A stretch of DNA of 64,000 nt from Macrostomum hystrix (Eukaryota > Animalia > Platyhelminthes): positions 12,152,001 to 12,216,000 of the forward strand of contig CATNEN010000003.1 of the NCBI GenBank assembly GCA_950097015.1, read 5' to 3'. Positions 1-12,615 of this stretch are shown in pieces. A program made the position numbers and the translations under genes. How positions within the stretch are numbered: the first letter of the stretch is position 1; every line of letters starts with the position of its first letter. The notes under the pieces were generated by a model. The model was not told the origin of the DNA. It saw nothing but the letters and a program-made list of their open reading frames with translations, and did not search any database.

Positions 1-135
1 TCACATCTCACTGCTGTCTCTACTCACATCTTACTGCTGTCTCTACTCATATCTGACTGCTGTCTCTACTCACATCTCACTGCTTTCTCTACTCACATCT
101 CACTGCTTTCTCTACTCACATCTCACTACTCACTA
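1..135. repeat. ~23-bp minisatellite (tcacatctcactgctgtctctac), truncated by the window start
   Basis: About 5.5 tandem copies seen directly. Confidence 0.9.
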
Positions 136-1252
136 GGTACCTTTGCTCAAGTTATTCCATTCCTAGAAGCCACATTTTTTCTTCAATCTATAATGCTTGT
201 CTTTCTAGTATTCTAGTATACTCTCCTAGTGAAAGCTTTTCCTTGGCCTCTTTTTTACCCTCCGCAGTCACGGTTGCCTGGCCCCCAAGTGAAGTGAAAG
301 TGAAGTGAAGGCCGCATGCTGTCACAGCGGGTGGTCTGGGTGGAGTTGGATAGAAGACCCAGATAGAACCGAGAGAGCTTAGGCAGACAAGGCGTACACA
401 CTCCCAGATTGATCTATGATTAACTCCCCAAAGCGGGTCTTGCAGTCCCCCTGGAGGCCGTGAATCCCAACCAGACGCGAGCTGGGCTGCCACCTCCTTT
501 ACTGGCCTCCTACTCAACCCTCCTGTCTCCTCACTGCTATATAGTGCTCTCATTCTACTCACACCGACTATTTTTTGCGTCCCACCCGCAGCAGAAGCAG
601 AAGCAGCAGAGTCAGCAAGTCTGAATACACACGACAAAGTCTAATATTGGTGAGAATGAGAGTTTGAGACCGAGAGAGAGAAATCGTGGGGAGCGCCCTC
701 GTGAGCTGATGATGGTTGGGGCGGCTGAGGGCGGTAGGCACGGCAGGTCTGTCGCGATGTGCGAATGGGGATCAAGGGCCAACCGCATATAGGGAGTTCA
801 GTTTTTCCTGCCGTATGAAGTCACTGCTACTTCCCACCAACCAAAGCTACTAAATCCCGATTACAGTACAGTCCAGCCGAAGCATGCATCACAAGCGAAT
901 GAGAGGGCTATCAGCCTTTCTATATGCATAGTCAACTTGCTATAAAAGCCCACCCCTCAAGCATGCAGTCATCGACTTTCGAGCCCACCCCCTCCTCTTC
1001 ACGCACCCACCCCAACCTCCACCCGCCAACCCTCCATGCAGCTCAGACCCAATCCGAAGTGAATTTAAACTCCGCGCGGAATCGGGCCTAGCCGAGACAG
1101 ACGGACCACAAATTAAAACTCACCGCGTGCTTTTTTTATCGGCATTGTTGTGAAGTTATTTGAACAGACTCTTTGATCTTCACCGACAGTAATTAACTTT
1201 CAAACCTGTTATCAGAGCCTAAATTACAATTAGCAAATCGTCCTTGACTGAA

Positions 1253-2803
1253 ATGACTCGCAGTAAAGTGATCGATCTAGCCGAAGAGATCGAAAACTGG
1301 GCCCAAGATTTCTATCAGAAATTTAATCAGAAAGATCTAGAAAAATCTCTGGGAGTAAAGCTTCCGTTCAGTGATCTGCGAATGGTGATCGACACCAACA
1401 ATTTCATGGTTGAGACTGATGACGCTGTGTATTCGGTGAGAATTTCTGCTTCAATTTTCTTCACCATTCATTGTCAATCGCACAAAGGTCCCTTAGCTCG
1501 AGTCCACGCGGCGAGAAAGTCAGGTCAATGAGAAAGTCAGGTCAGTTGTACACAACTGTGTCAGTGGATGTATGCTCAGGAGTCAGCGGAATGGGCAGAA
1601 TTGCCTCGACGGCAGCGGGTCTTACCAAATGATACCAATTCCAGTTCCCACAGGCCACAGCCCTACAAAATATTAATTCTTCTTTCAACAGAAATAATTT
1701 TTTATTCAAGATTCAACGAAAAGAGTTTTTATTTAGTAATGTGTAAAAGTACATAGTGACATATTTTTTGGTTCATTCCTTCAGCTACTTCGATAGATTT
1801 TCAGATCAACTCATGCTAACTTCTCATGGGCTTGTCGAAGCTTTTTATTTCTTTGGTTGTTTAGATTCAATTTCACACTATCAGCCGCTACTAACGAGTA
1901 GTAAGTAGAAATTTCGGGTACGGAGATATGAGATAAAAAGTAGAATTGTAGGCAAAAAGTATTATTCTAGTTTTGCAGGGCCTCTACAACCATCACAAAA
2001 ATTTCTAACAATTCTACTGCTGAGTGATATAAAAAGCTATAGAAATAAGTGTGCTGCTTCACGACATGCATTGCTCATCGTGGACTGAGATTCGAACCCC
2101 CGACCTCTCAAGCAGAAGTCCAAAGCTAAATGCACTAGATAAACACAAATAAAAAAGTACCCACTGACACCCTGTGTATTTATAACAGACCGAAAACCCC
2201 GGCACGGGACAATGGCAGCGCAATCATGTATTGTTCAAGACCAGCTACAGCAATACAACAGCGACGCCAATGCAGTACGCGTTGAGCACACAGCGCAGTA
2301 CAAGATCAGTGTGCTCCGTGAGCCTTTCCCGCGGCTTCGTGTTCGAAGGCCAGGCCGGCCTCAAGGTCAGCCTGCCGAACAATTTGCTGGAGCTCAGCGC
2401 CAGCATGTCCCGCCAGCTGAGCATGCAGGGCCAACGCGAGAAGTCGGTTGAGCAGGAGCTCACTTGGACTGTGGACACCACGGTGGCGGTTCCGCCTGGC
2501 AAGACCGTGACAGTGCGGTTAGTGATCAAGGAGAAGCAGTTCAATGGAACGTTTCGCGTGGCCACGCGTTTCCGCGGCTCCCTGGCTGTTAGGCTCTACC
2601 GGGGCGATTCCAGGATCTGCGTTCTAAGAGTTAACGAGCTGCGCGACGTGTTCAAGGAGAGCCTTGGCTTCCAGTGGCAGCCAGAAGAGGCCTGCCTGCT
2701 GTTTTTCAGCGAGGGCCAGTGTCACACAGCCTGTGGCGTGGAGCAGTTCATCCAGATCGATGAGAAGGACTTTGAAGCAACAGACGAAGATTCAAAGCAG
2801 TAG
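1253..2803 (+). CDS. Aerolysin/ETX-MTX2-like beta-pore-forming family protein; 2 exons (1253-1435, 2189-2803), ~265 aa
   Basis: Phase-0 GT-AG intron (tcg|gtgaga ... aacag|acc) joins the two ORFs. Ser/Thr-rich strands LFKTSYSNTT..QYALSTQRSTRS, an amphipathic hairpin (GFVFEGQAGLKVSL) and TWTVDTTVAVPPGK match this fold. AATAAA at ~3594. Confidence 0.75.
1505..1660 (+). mobile_element. Fragment of tRNA-derived SINE family A (central/3' part)
   Basis: gagaaagtcagg..tgtacac..gctcaggagtcagc..ggcagaattgcctc..accaaatgat matches the reverse complement of 24730-24860 and 48835-48950. Confidence 0.75.
2083..2140 (-). mobile_element. Short tRNA-derived element fragment (family C, B-box GGTTCGAATCTCAG)
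   Basis: ctgagattcgaacccccgacc recurs at ~59554 and ~59628, and on the + strand at ~63757-63780. Confidence 0.55.
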
Positions 2804-2974
2804 CCGCTAAAGTGGAGTCTACTCTAGAAATAGATTTTAACTTCTCGACTAAACTCGAAATTGTTTACAGTGATCAGTTAGTACTGGTACTTAAGCACCC
2901 GAGAGTAGAATAACTAGCCAATAAGGTAAGATAAGGGGTGGTGACTAGCGTATCAGTCAATAAGCGACAAGTCC

Positions 2975-3392
2975 CGGGTTTAGAATAACCAGCCAATAGG
3001 CGAAGCTGGGGTGGTGGTGATAGATCTGCAGCCAATAGGCGCCAACTCGCAAGGTTAGAATAACTAGCCAATAGGCGAAGCTGGGGTGGTGTTGATAGAT
3101 CTGCAGCCAATAGGCGCCAACTCGCGAGGTTAGAATAACTAGCCAATAGGCGAAGCTGGGGTGGTGTTGATAGATCTGCAGCCAATAGGCGCCAACTCGC
3201 GAGGTTAGAATAACTAGCCAATAGGCGAAGCTGGGGTGGTGTTGATAGATCTGCAGCCAATAGGCGCCAACTCGCGAGGTTAGAATAACTAGCCAATAGG
3301 CGAAGCTGGGGTGGTGTTGATAGATCTGCAGCCAATAGGCGCCAACTCGCGAGGTTAGAATAACCAGCCAATAGGCGAAGCTGGGGTGGTGG
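2975..3392. repeat. 75-bp tandem repeat, ~5.5 copies, just downstream of the aerolysin-like stop codon
   Basis: Unit gccaataggcgaagctggggtggtgttgatagatctgcagccaataggcgccaactcgcgaggttagaataacta; 25-aa periodicity in the ORF track. Confidence 0.95.
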
Positions 3393-3879
3393 GAATGGAT
3401 CAAGAACGAGACTATCGGGGAAAACACAGATAATATCAATAAGATTACGAGCTAATAGTTTAATAACAGTCTGTCAGGGCTGTGTGTTTTATTTTACTTG
3501 TTTACGCGGTGTAAATGATACGTTAAATCACTGTAACTTATTAACAATGCACACACGTTTATTTTTACGCAAAAACAGTACAGACTTGTTTCAAATAAAA
3601 GCTGCAAAAAGCCTGTCGACTAAATAAGACATCAGCTAAGCGAAATAACAAGCGAAATAGTAAAAATAGCTAAGTGACTTTTTATAATGCACACAAAAAC
3701 CGAAAGTGTGTACAAAAGTACATTAGCAAAGTACGATAAAAAGAATACTCACATGAGAGTGCGATTAAGTAATATATTGGCTAAAAATATTACATGCCAG
3801 TTAAAAAATATTACTAAACATTTATTTATATATGAGACGTCACTGTCAGTTCATTAGACACTTGTCACACCTGTCCCAA

Positions 3880-6800
3880 TCAGTTAATCTCCAGTCGTCG
3901 CCGGAACAGTTGGCACGCCGAGCTGCCCGCAGTGCAAGCAGCCAGGCTAAGAATTCCCTTGAGCTCCGGATCGCCAAACTTGGCATCCAAGTCTGGTGTT
4001 AGGTCCAAACTAATCAGACTCACCGGCTGTGGAACATCCATGGCAAAGGTGGCGACAATTTGAGACAATGCTGCTGACGATGCCGTTGAGTTGCCTAGCA
4101 ACAAAGCTGAGGCTATGTCGGATGCGTCAGTCAGCTTGGAGCTGGATGTCTGGCAAATGATTGACAAGTTCCAATTAGGAATGATAGAAATTATCCCCAA
4201 ACACGACACTGGGAAGAAAAAGTATTCAGATCCCCAAACTGATAAATGGGAAGGAGAAACAGTTTAGATGCCCAAAAAGAAGAATGGGAAAAAGAAACAG
4301 TTCCGATCCCCAAAAAGAAGAATGGGAAGAAGAAACAGTTCCGATCCCCAAAAAGAAGAATGGGAAGAAGAAACAGTTCCGATCCCCAAAAAGAAGAATG
4401 GGAAGAAGAAACAGTTTAGATCCCAAAAATCTGAATAATGGGAAGAAAAAACAGTTCCGATCCCCAAAAAGAAGAATGGGAAGGAGAAATAGTCAGATCC
4501 CAAACTGAAGAATGGGAAGGAGAAACAGTTCAGATCCCCAAAAAGAAGAATAGGAAAAGAAACAGTTCAGATCCCCAAACAGAAGAATGGGAAGAAGAAA
4601 CAGTTCAGATCCCAAAACTGAATAATGGGAAGGAGAAATAGTCAGATCCCAAAACTGAAGAATTGGAAGTCGAAACAGTCAAATCCCAAAAAAGAAGGGA
4701 GAGGATCGCAGGCAGGAATAAAATATCCCCAATCCGCACCTTCCACACGGAATAGACCCGCAGCCTGCCGGAGCTAAAACCGAGAGCAATGAGACCGCAG
4801 CCGCAGTCGCCCTCCACGGCAACGCTGGTGCAAAATTCGCCGTCTGATAAGCCGCCAATCGGTAGCTCTCGGCAAGAAACGTCTCCGTTAGTGTCCGTGG
4901 ACAGATCGATGGCTAGTAGGGCAGTTTTGCGCCAATCGGGCACCAGCAGTAGGCAGTGGGGTGAAGCCAAGCAGGCTGATAACACGCGCATTCTCGGCGA
5001 CTTCTCGTGCAGCTTAGCGAGAGCGGCGCCGAATCTTGGCGACAAGACGGCCGCCCGGGTGTCGCCCGGGTCGCCCGGCCTGAGACGCCAAACCCGGAGC
5101 TGCAGATCCTCGGTTAGTAGGGCCACTAAGCTAGATGAGGCGATTAGGCGCCATTTTACAGCGTCCGAGTTGGACTCTGGTCCGGGCGGCAGGTATACGC
5201 CTGCGATGACAGTGTGCCACGAGAGCTGCGGGTGAATTTAGGCGAGGGTTGCTGAGGCCAGGTAAGGCGACATATTGAGAAAGACAGGTAGATAAGTTGA
5301 ATGAGAAAGTTAGGTACAGATAGAGACATCAGGTAGATAGACATGTAGATCGATAGAGACAGATAGAGATAGATAGATAGAGACAGTTAGATAGATAGAG
5401 ACAGGTAGATAGATAGAGACAGGTAGGTAGATAGAGACAGTTAGATAGATAGAGACAGGTAGATATATAGATAGAGACAGGTAGATAGATAGAGACAGGT
5501 AGATAGATAGAGACAGGTAGATAGATAGAGACAGTTAGATAGATAGAGACAGGTAGATAGATAGAGACAGGTAGATAGATAGAGACAGGTAGATAGATAG
5601 AGACAGGTAGATAGATTGAGACAGGTAGACAGATAGAGACAGGTAGATATATAGATAGAGACAGGTAGATAGATAGAGACAGGTAGATAGATAGAGACAG
5701 GTAGATAGATAGAGACAGGTAGATAGATAGAGACAGGTAGGTAGATTGAGACAGGTAGACAGATAGAGACAGGTAAATAGATAGAGACAGGTTGATATAG
5801 ATAGATAGAAATGGAGTGGTAGATAGATAGTAAGAGATAAACAGGTAGACAGGTAGATAGAGGGAGACAGGTAGATGGATCAGGCAAGTACAGACTATTA
5901 GTGAGACAGAAGTAAACTATTGATAAAACTTGGCAAAAGTGCAAACCTCGAGGTCAACAACGACCGGCTCGTTCTCGGTGTTGCTGCCATAGACCAAGCG
6001 ATAGCAGATCAGAGTATTAGAATCCGCAGGGCAGGCAACCAGTCTGTCTTTGTCCACCAGATCCCAGGCGCGCACAACGCAGCCTAGATTTCTAGTCAAC
6101 TGAATGCTGGCTGGATCGCCTGAAAGTCGAAGACGAAAAATATCCAAAATACTGTAGGTAGGATAGGCCTCCATGGTAATTAGCAGGTACTGCCTGTAGT
6201 CCAGTCGTATGGTACGAGCCTGAGGAGTTAGGCGAGTGCGGCAGCCGCGAGACATGGCGGCTACGTCGAATAATTCGACGCCGGATTCAGTGTCCCCGAC
6301 GTCTACGGATGCTGCGGCAAATATGCGGCCACGATAGTTCTCTAGGCAGGCCGCTAGAACAACCTATTTGCATGTGTAATTGAAAACAGGGTGTACATAG
6401 CTGCGCTATCAGTGAACTTAGGTTCTGTATCAGTGTACATAGCTGTGATATCAGTGTACATAGCTGTGATATCAGTGTACATAGCTGTGGTATTTGTGTA
6501 CATAGCTGTGATATCAGTGTACATAGCAGTGGTATCAGTGTACATAGCTGTGGTATCAGTGTACATAGCTGTGATATCAGTGTACATAGCTGTGGTATTT
6601 GTGTACATAGCTGTGATATCAGTGTACATAGCAGTGGTATCAGTGTACATAGCTGTGGTATCAGTGTACATAGCTGTGATATCAGTGTACATAGCTGTGG
6701 TATTTGTGTACATAGCTGTGATATCAGTGTACATAGCTGTGGTATTTGTGTACATAGCTGTGATATCAGTGTACATAGCTGTGATATCAGTGTACATAGC

Positions 6801-7331
6801 TGTGGTATTTGTGTACATAGCTGTGATATCAGTGTACATAGCAGTGGTATCAGTGTACACAGCTGTGATATCAGTGTACATAGCTGTGATATCTGTGTAC
6901 AAGACATTATTGTACATTGCAATAACCTGGTCAGCTCCCAACAGCTCCAAGCCTGTGATTGGCTGATGCAGGCCAGGAACAGTTAGTCGATAAATACCCG
7001 GCCTAGTTGCCATAGCAACCGGGCGTCCGCACTTTGCCAACCGATGTCGAGCGAGAGCCATCTCGCAGGTTTTAAGCTCCGAAAATCCGTAACTGCAATA
7101 ATTAACAACAGACGAAGATTTGCAGCAATCGTCCGGCTTAGGCATGGTTGCCATGGCAACCGCCGGTAGCCAAATACCGGCATTGGCGGCGATGACAGAG
7201 TCGATTAGTTCTAGCCAAAATCGACAGACCTGGCGCAGACGCTGCAGATGCTGAGGAGTCGCTTCTTGACAGCAGCGAGACAACAGCCTCTCGAATATTA
7301 GTAGCCAGACGTCTGACGAAACTGGCGGCAT
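3880..7331 (-). CDS. F-box-like protein with probable C-terminal beta-propeller; 4 exons (7331-6927, 6363-5947, 5225-4740, 4149-3880), ~525 aa
   Basis: N-terminal F-box pattern PPVSSDVWLLIFERL..LRQVCRFWLELI. WD-like ends (VRAWDL, LRVWRL, IALGFSSGRLRVYSV). Three phase-0 GT-AG introns. AATAAA on the minus strand at ~3821. The last acceptor is the least certain. Confidence 0.75.
4226..4695. repeat. ~40-bp intronic minisatellite (cagttccgatccccaaaaagaagaatgggaagaagaaa)
   Basis: About 11 diverged tandem copies in F-box intron 3. Confidence 0.9.
5280..5880. repeat. 18-bp GATA-derived minisatellite (gagacaggtagatagata)
   Basis: Tandem copies in F-box intron 2. Confidence 0.9.
6390..6900. repeat. 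21-bp minisatellite (gtgtacatagctgtgatatca)
   Basis: About 23 copies filling F-box intron 1. Confidence 0.95.
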
Positions 7332-7499
7332 GAACCGGAAATTGCTTGGCGGCTGGTTGGAATGCAGAAGAGCAATGAGGTTGAATTCGTTATTTGATCT
7401 ATTCAGAACTTTACATAGATTACTAGTAACAAAATTTAGATACCTACTAAAAATGTAGATACCTAATCAAAACATCGATTTCTCAAAAAATACGTAATT

Positions 7500-7979
7500 C
7501 TGATCCATAATCAGAAAGAATCGATCCTTAATCAGAAAGCGTCGATCTATGATCAGAAAACGTTGATCCCTAATCAAATAGCGTCGATCCCAAATCAGAA
7601 AGCGTCGATCCCTAATCAGAAAGCGTCGATCCCTTATCAGAAAGCGTCGATCCCTTATCAGAAAGCGTCGATCCCTAATCAGAAAGCGTCGATTCGTAAT
7701 CAGAAAGCGTCGATCCCTTATCAGAAAGCGTCGATCCCTAATCAGAAAGCGTCGATTCGTAATCAGAAAGCGTCGATCCCTAATCAGAAAGCGTCGATTC
7801 GTAATCAGAAAGCGTCGATCCCTAATCAGAAAGCGTCGATTCGTAATCAGAAAGCGTCGATTCGTAATCAGAAAGCGTCATCGATCCCTAATCAGAAAGC
7901 GTCGATCCCTAATAAAAAACGTCGTCGATCCCTAAACAGAAAACGTCGTCGATCCCTAATCAGAAAACGTCGATCCCTA
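7500..7979. repeat. 21-bp minisatellite (tcgatccctaatcagaaagcg)
   Basis: About 22 tandem copies upstream of the F-box ATG. Confidence 0.95.
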
Positions 7980-8168
7980 CCCTGTAAAAAATTCGGCTGC
8001 TTCTTCGGCGGGTTTTTTGTGCGAAATAGGAGTGGAATCTACGAAAATCCCCCCTATCTCACAAGAGTTAAAGAAACCACACAGGAAGCTGCCGATATAA
8101 CCGCAAATTGTGCGGAAACCGCCGAAGAATCACCCGAACCAGTGGCCCATGGGACAACCAGAGAATTA
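7980..8168 (+). mobile_element. Terminal fragment of a putative DNA transposon (begins CCCTGTAAAAAATTCGGCTG)
   Basis: About 190 bp with high identity to 29498-29686. The terminus resembles CMC/EnSpm-type ends; no opposite TIR was found. Confidence 0.65.
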
Positions 8169-8499
8169 GTGTGCTACGCACATAATAGTGCAATAAAAGA
8201 AACTTCTGAATTTTTTTGTTACAATTGGCATTGCAAACTATGCTTAGTAAATGCTGTTACCTCACAGACTGCCAGGGAGTTAAGCAACCGCAGCGTTTCA
8301 AATGAAATTCCAAGTCTATTGTTTTTCGTCTTATTGTCGGACATTAGTAGCTACAGTTGACTTGAAGTTCCAGGCCGACTGAAAAAAGTTAAATATTTAT
8401 ACAAATTGGAATATTTTATTTACCGCAAGATATTGCTAAATAACCTAGTTAGAGCCGAACTACGATTCCTGCCATGATTAAATGATTATGTCCATATTT

Positions 8500-10665
8500 T
8501 GTCTATGATTGTCTATGGCTTTAGCTACGATTCCATGAGTGTCTATGGCTTTAGCTACGATTCCATAGGTGTCCATGGCTTTAGCTACGATTCCATGATT
8601 GTCTACGGCTTTAGCTACGATTCCATGATTGTCTACGGCTTTAGCTACGATTCCATGATTGTCTATGGCTTTAGCTACGATTCCATGATTGTCTACGGCT
8701 TTAGCTACGATTCCATGATTGTCTATGGCTTTAGCTACGATTCCATGATTGTCTATGCCTTTAGCTACGATTCCATGATTGTCTATGGCTTTAGCTACGA
8801 TTCCATGATTGTCTATGGCTTTAGCTGCGATTCTAAGATTGTCTATGGCTTTAGCTACGATTCCATGATTGTCTACGGCTTTAGCTACGATTCCATGATT
8901 GTCTACGGCTTTAGCTACGATTCCATGATTGTCTACGGCTTTAGCTACGATTCCATGATTGTCTACGGCTTTAGCTACGATTCCATGATTGTCTACGGCT
9001 TTAGCTACGATTCCATGAGTGTCTATGGCTTTAGCTACGATTCCATGAGTGTCTATGGCTTTAGCTACGATTCCATGATTGTCTTTGCCTTTAGCTACGA
9101 TTCCATGATTGTCTATGGCTTTAGCTACGATTCCATGATTGTCTACGGCTTTAGCTACGATTCCATGATTGTCTACGGCTTTAGCTACGATTCCATGATT
9201 GTCTACGGCTTTAGCTACGATTCCATGATTGTCTATGGCTTTAGCTACGATTGCATGATTGTCTATGCCTTTAGCTACGATTCCATGATTGTCTATTGCT
9301 TTAGCTACGATTGCATGATTGTCTATGGCTTTAGCTACGATTGCATGATTGTCTATGGCTTTAGCTACGACTCCATAAGTGTCTATGCCTTTAGCTACGA
9401 TTCCATGATTGTCTATGGCTTTAGCTACGATTGCATGATTGTCTATGGCTTTAGCTACGACTCCATAAGTGTCTATGCCTTTAGCTACGATTGCATGATT
9501 GTCTATGGCTTTAGCTACGATTGAATGATTGTCTACGGCTTTAGCTACGATTGCATGATTGTCTATGGCTTTAGCTACGATTGCATGATTGTCTATGGCT
9601 TTAGCTACGACTCCATAAGTGTCTATGCCTTTAGCTACGATTCCATGATTGTCTATGGCTTTAGCTACGACTCCATAAGTGTCTATGCCTTTAGCTACGA
9701 TTGCATGATTGTCTATGGCTTTAGCTACGACTCCATAAGTGTCTATGCCTTTAGCTACGATTCCATGATTGTCTACGGCTTTAGCTACGATTGCATGATT
9801 GTCTATGGCTTTAGCTACGACTCCATAAGTGTCTATGCCTTTAGCTACGATTCCATGATTGTCTACGGCTTTAGCTACGATTCCATGATTGTCTATGGCT
9901 TTAGCTACGATTCCATGATTGTCTATGCCTTTAGCTACGATTCCATGATTGTCTATGGCTTTAGCTACGATTCCATGATTGTCTATGGCTTTAGCTACGA
10001 TTCTAAGATTGTCTATGGCTTTAGCTACGATTCCATGATTGTCTATGCCTTTAGCTACGATTCCATGATTGTCTACGGCTTTAGCTACGATTCCATGATT
10101 GTCTACGGCTTTAGCTACGATTCCATGATTGTCTACGGCTTTAGCTACGATTCCATGATTGTCTATGGCTTTAGCTACGATTCCATGATTGTCTATGGCT
10201 TTAGCTACGATTCCATGATTGTCTATGCCTTTAGCTACGATTCCATGATTGTCTACGGCTTTAGCTACGATTCCATGATTGTCTATGCCTTTAGCTACGA
10301 TTCTAAGATTGTCTATGGCTTTAGCTACGATTCCATGATTGTCTATGCCTTTAGCTACGATTCCATGATTGTCTACGGCTTTAGCTACGATTCCATGATT
10401 GTCTACGGCTTTAGCTACGATTCCATGATTGTCTACGGCTTTAGCTACGATTCCATGATTGTCTACGGCTTTAGCTACGATTCCATGATTGTCTATGGCT
10501 TTAGCTACGATTGCATGATTGTCTATGGCTTTAGCTACGACTCCATAAGTGTCTATGGCTTTAGCTACGACTCCATAAGTGTCTATGGCTTTAGCTACGA
10601 CTCCATAAGTGTCTATGGCTTTAGCTACGACTCCATCATTGCCTATCATGGCTTTAGCTACAAAG
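8500..10665. repeat. 30-bp satellite (ttagctacgattccatgattgtctatggct), ~72 copies
   Basis: Exact 30-bp periodicity; produces the 723-, 341- and 400-aa repeat ORFs. Confidence 0.98.
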
Positions 10666-11794
10666 TTTTAGCTATAATTTTGCTGTTGTCTATGGCTTTA
10701 GCTAGGATTCTATCAGCGATCCCGTAGTTCTGTCTAGGGCTTTAAGTAGGATTCCATGATTTCCCATGGCTTTAGTTACAATTCTTTCTAGCTACAACAG
10801 TAGGATTCTTTCTACGGCCTAAACTAGGATTCAATTTTTGTGACGCAAACTATACATGCACTATTCTATTTAATGATGCTTACATTCTATAGCGCGATAT
10901 GACCAAAAGAAGATTAGTGAAACAACTTTTCAGCATATCAATGTCCTATCATTACATATGGTTCATGACGAAAATATATATTTACCTATTTATCGTTAGG
11001 TCGCTGGACATATTAATGTCAAGTCTTTTACTTAAATAACAAACGACAAAAATAAGAAAAATAGAACCACTTTTATAACTAGTAATAAACCGATTTGTTT
11101 AAACATATATAAATGATTAATTCAGATGGCTGGCGTAATGCAGAGTAAGCAAAAGCGTTATAAAACATTTGCTCGGAAAGGAAATATGGCAGTTTTTTAA
11201 GTGGCAAAAATATTCAATTAAGCCTGTATGATTTCTATATAACTCAGTAAATATATATTGTAGCTGTGCGCTAATGATGTGCTTTGAATGATGGAGTCTG
11301 GCTTTGAATGTGGCAAGCGACCTCATGAAACAAATAAGTAGCTATTTAAATCTGCTTTGAATATTATCCTTAACTGAATGCGATAGTAAACTCTAATAGG
11401 CAAGTTTATATACCAGGCGCGACACAATAAAATAAAATCAGCAAGAAAGCTATAGCGGATGAGGAGATCGTAAAAGACTACTAAAAGTAGAGTAAGTATA
11501 AATAACGATTCTAAATTCTGACAAGAAAATTCGTAACTTTATGCCTTCGAAATTTAATATATACGAGCTAGTTAAGCATTTCGTGTTTAAGTAAAAATAC
11601 AAAAAATGACGTCATAACAATACAACTAACTAACATGGGGTGGAAATGATTTGGGACTAAAGTGCTAGTGGGGTCAAATTTAAATTGGGGTAGAAGTCAC
11701 GATGAGGTTTGTATTTAAAGTAGAGTTGAAGCCACAGTGGATGTTGATATTTAAAGTTAGGGTCCCGCCACTGTGAGGGTCCCGCCACTGTGAG

Positions 11795-12615
11795 GGTGTA
11801 AAATTAAAGTAAGGTTGAAGCCACAGTGCGGGTGTGAAATTAAAGTGGGGTTGAAGCCACAGTGCGGGTGTGAAATTAAAGTAAGGTTGAAGCCACAGTG
11901 CGGGTGTGAAATTAAAGTGGGGTTGAAGCCACAGTGCGGGTGTGAAATTAAAGTGGGGTTGAAGCCACAGTGCGGGCGTGAAATTAAAGTAAGGTTGAAG
12001 CCACAGTGCGGGCGTGAAATTAAAGTAAGGTTGAAGCCACAGTGCGGGCGTGAAATTAAAGTAAGTTTGAAGCCACAGTGCGGGTGTAAAATTAAAGTAA
12101 GGTTGAAGTCACAGTGCGGGTGTGAAATTAAAGTGGGGTTGAAGCCACAGTGCGGGTGTGAAATTAAAGTAAGGTTGAAGCCACAGTGCGGGTGTGAAAT
12201 TAAAGTGGGGTTGAAGCCACAGTGCGGGTGTGAAATTAAAGTGGGGTTGAAGCCACAGTGCGGGTGTGAAATTAAAGTGGGGTTGAAGCCACAGTGCGGG
12301 TGTGAAATTAAAGTGGGGTTGAAGCCACAGTGCGGGTGTGAAATTAAAGTAAGGTTAAAGCCACAGTGCGGGTGTGAAATTAAAGTAAGGTTAAAGCCAC
12401 AGTGCGGGTGTGAAATTAAAGTAAGGTTGAAGCCACAGTGCGGGTGTGAAATTAAAGTGGGGTTGAAGCCACAGTGCGGGTGTGAAATTAAAGTGGGGTT
12501 GAAGCCACAGTGCGGGTGTGAAATTAAAGTAAGGTTGAAGCCACAGTGCGGGTGTGAAATTAAAGCGGGGTTGAAGCCACAGTGCGGGTGTGAAATTAAA
12601 GCGGGGTTGAAGTCG
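11795..12615. repeat. 33-bp minisatellite (ttgaagccacagtgcgggtgtgaaattaaagtrrgg)
   Basis: About 24 copies; 11-aa periodic ORF. Confidence 0.95.

Noticed and set aside
676-775. Hammerhead or HDV ribozyme suggested by CTGATGA and GCGAATGGG
   Set aside because: The required stems and GAAA/UH geometry could not be built
4605-5126. Separate Rab3GAP2-like gene (IALGFSSG..RVY motif)
   Set aside because: The segment splices in phase with the upstream F-box exons; the motif is a generic WD-like blade
6354-6926. 325-aa ORF with TAMYTDI repeats (similarly GRIQIRE at 60288-60880 and RLIHRLS at 17787-18344) as repeat-containing proteins
   Set aside because: Canonical splice sites bound the arrays and restore the conserved frame. 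A 7-codon unit is often stop-free by chance.
8500-10665. CRISPR-like array
   Set aside because: Head-to-tail repeats with no unique spacers, no cas genes, and a eukaryotic context
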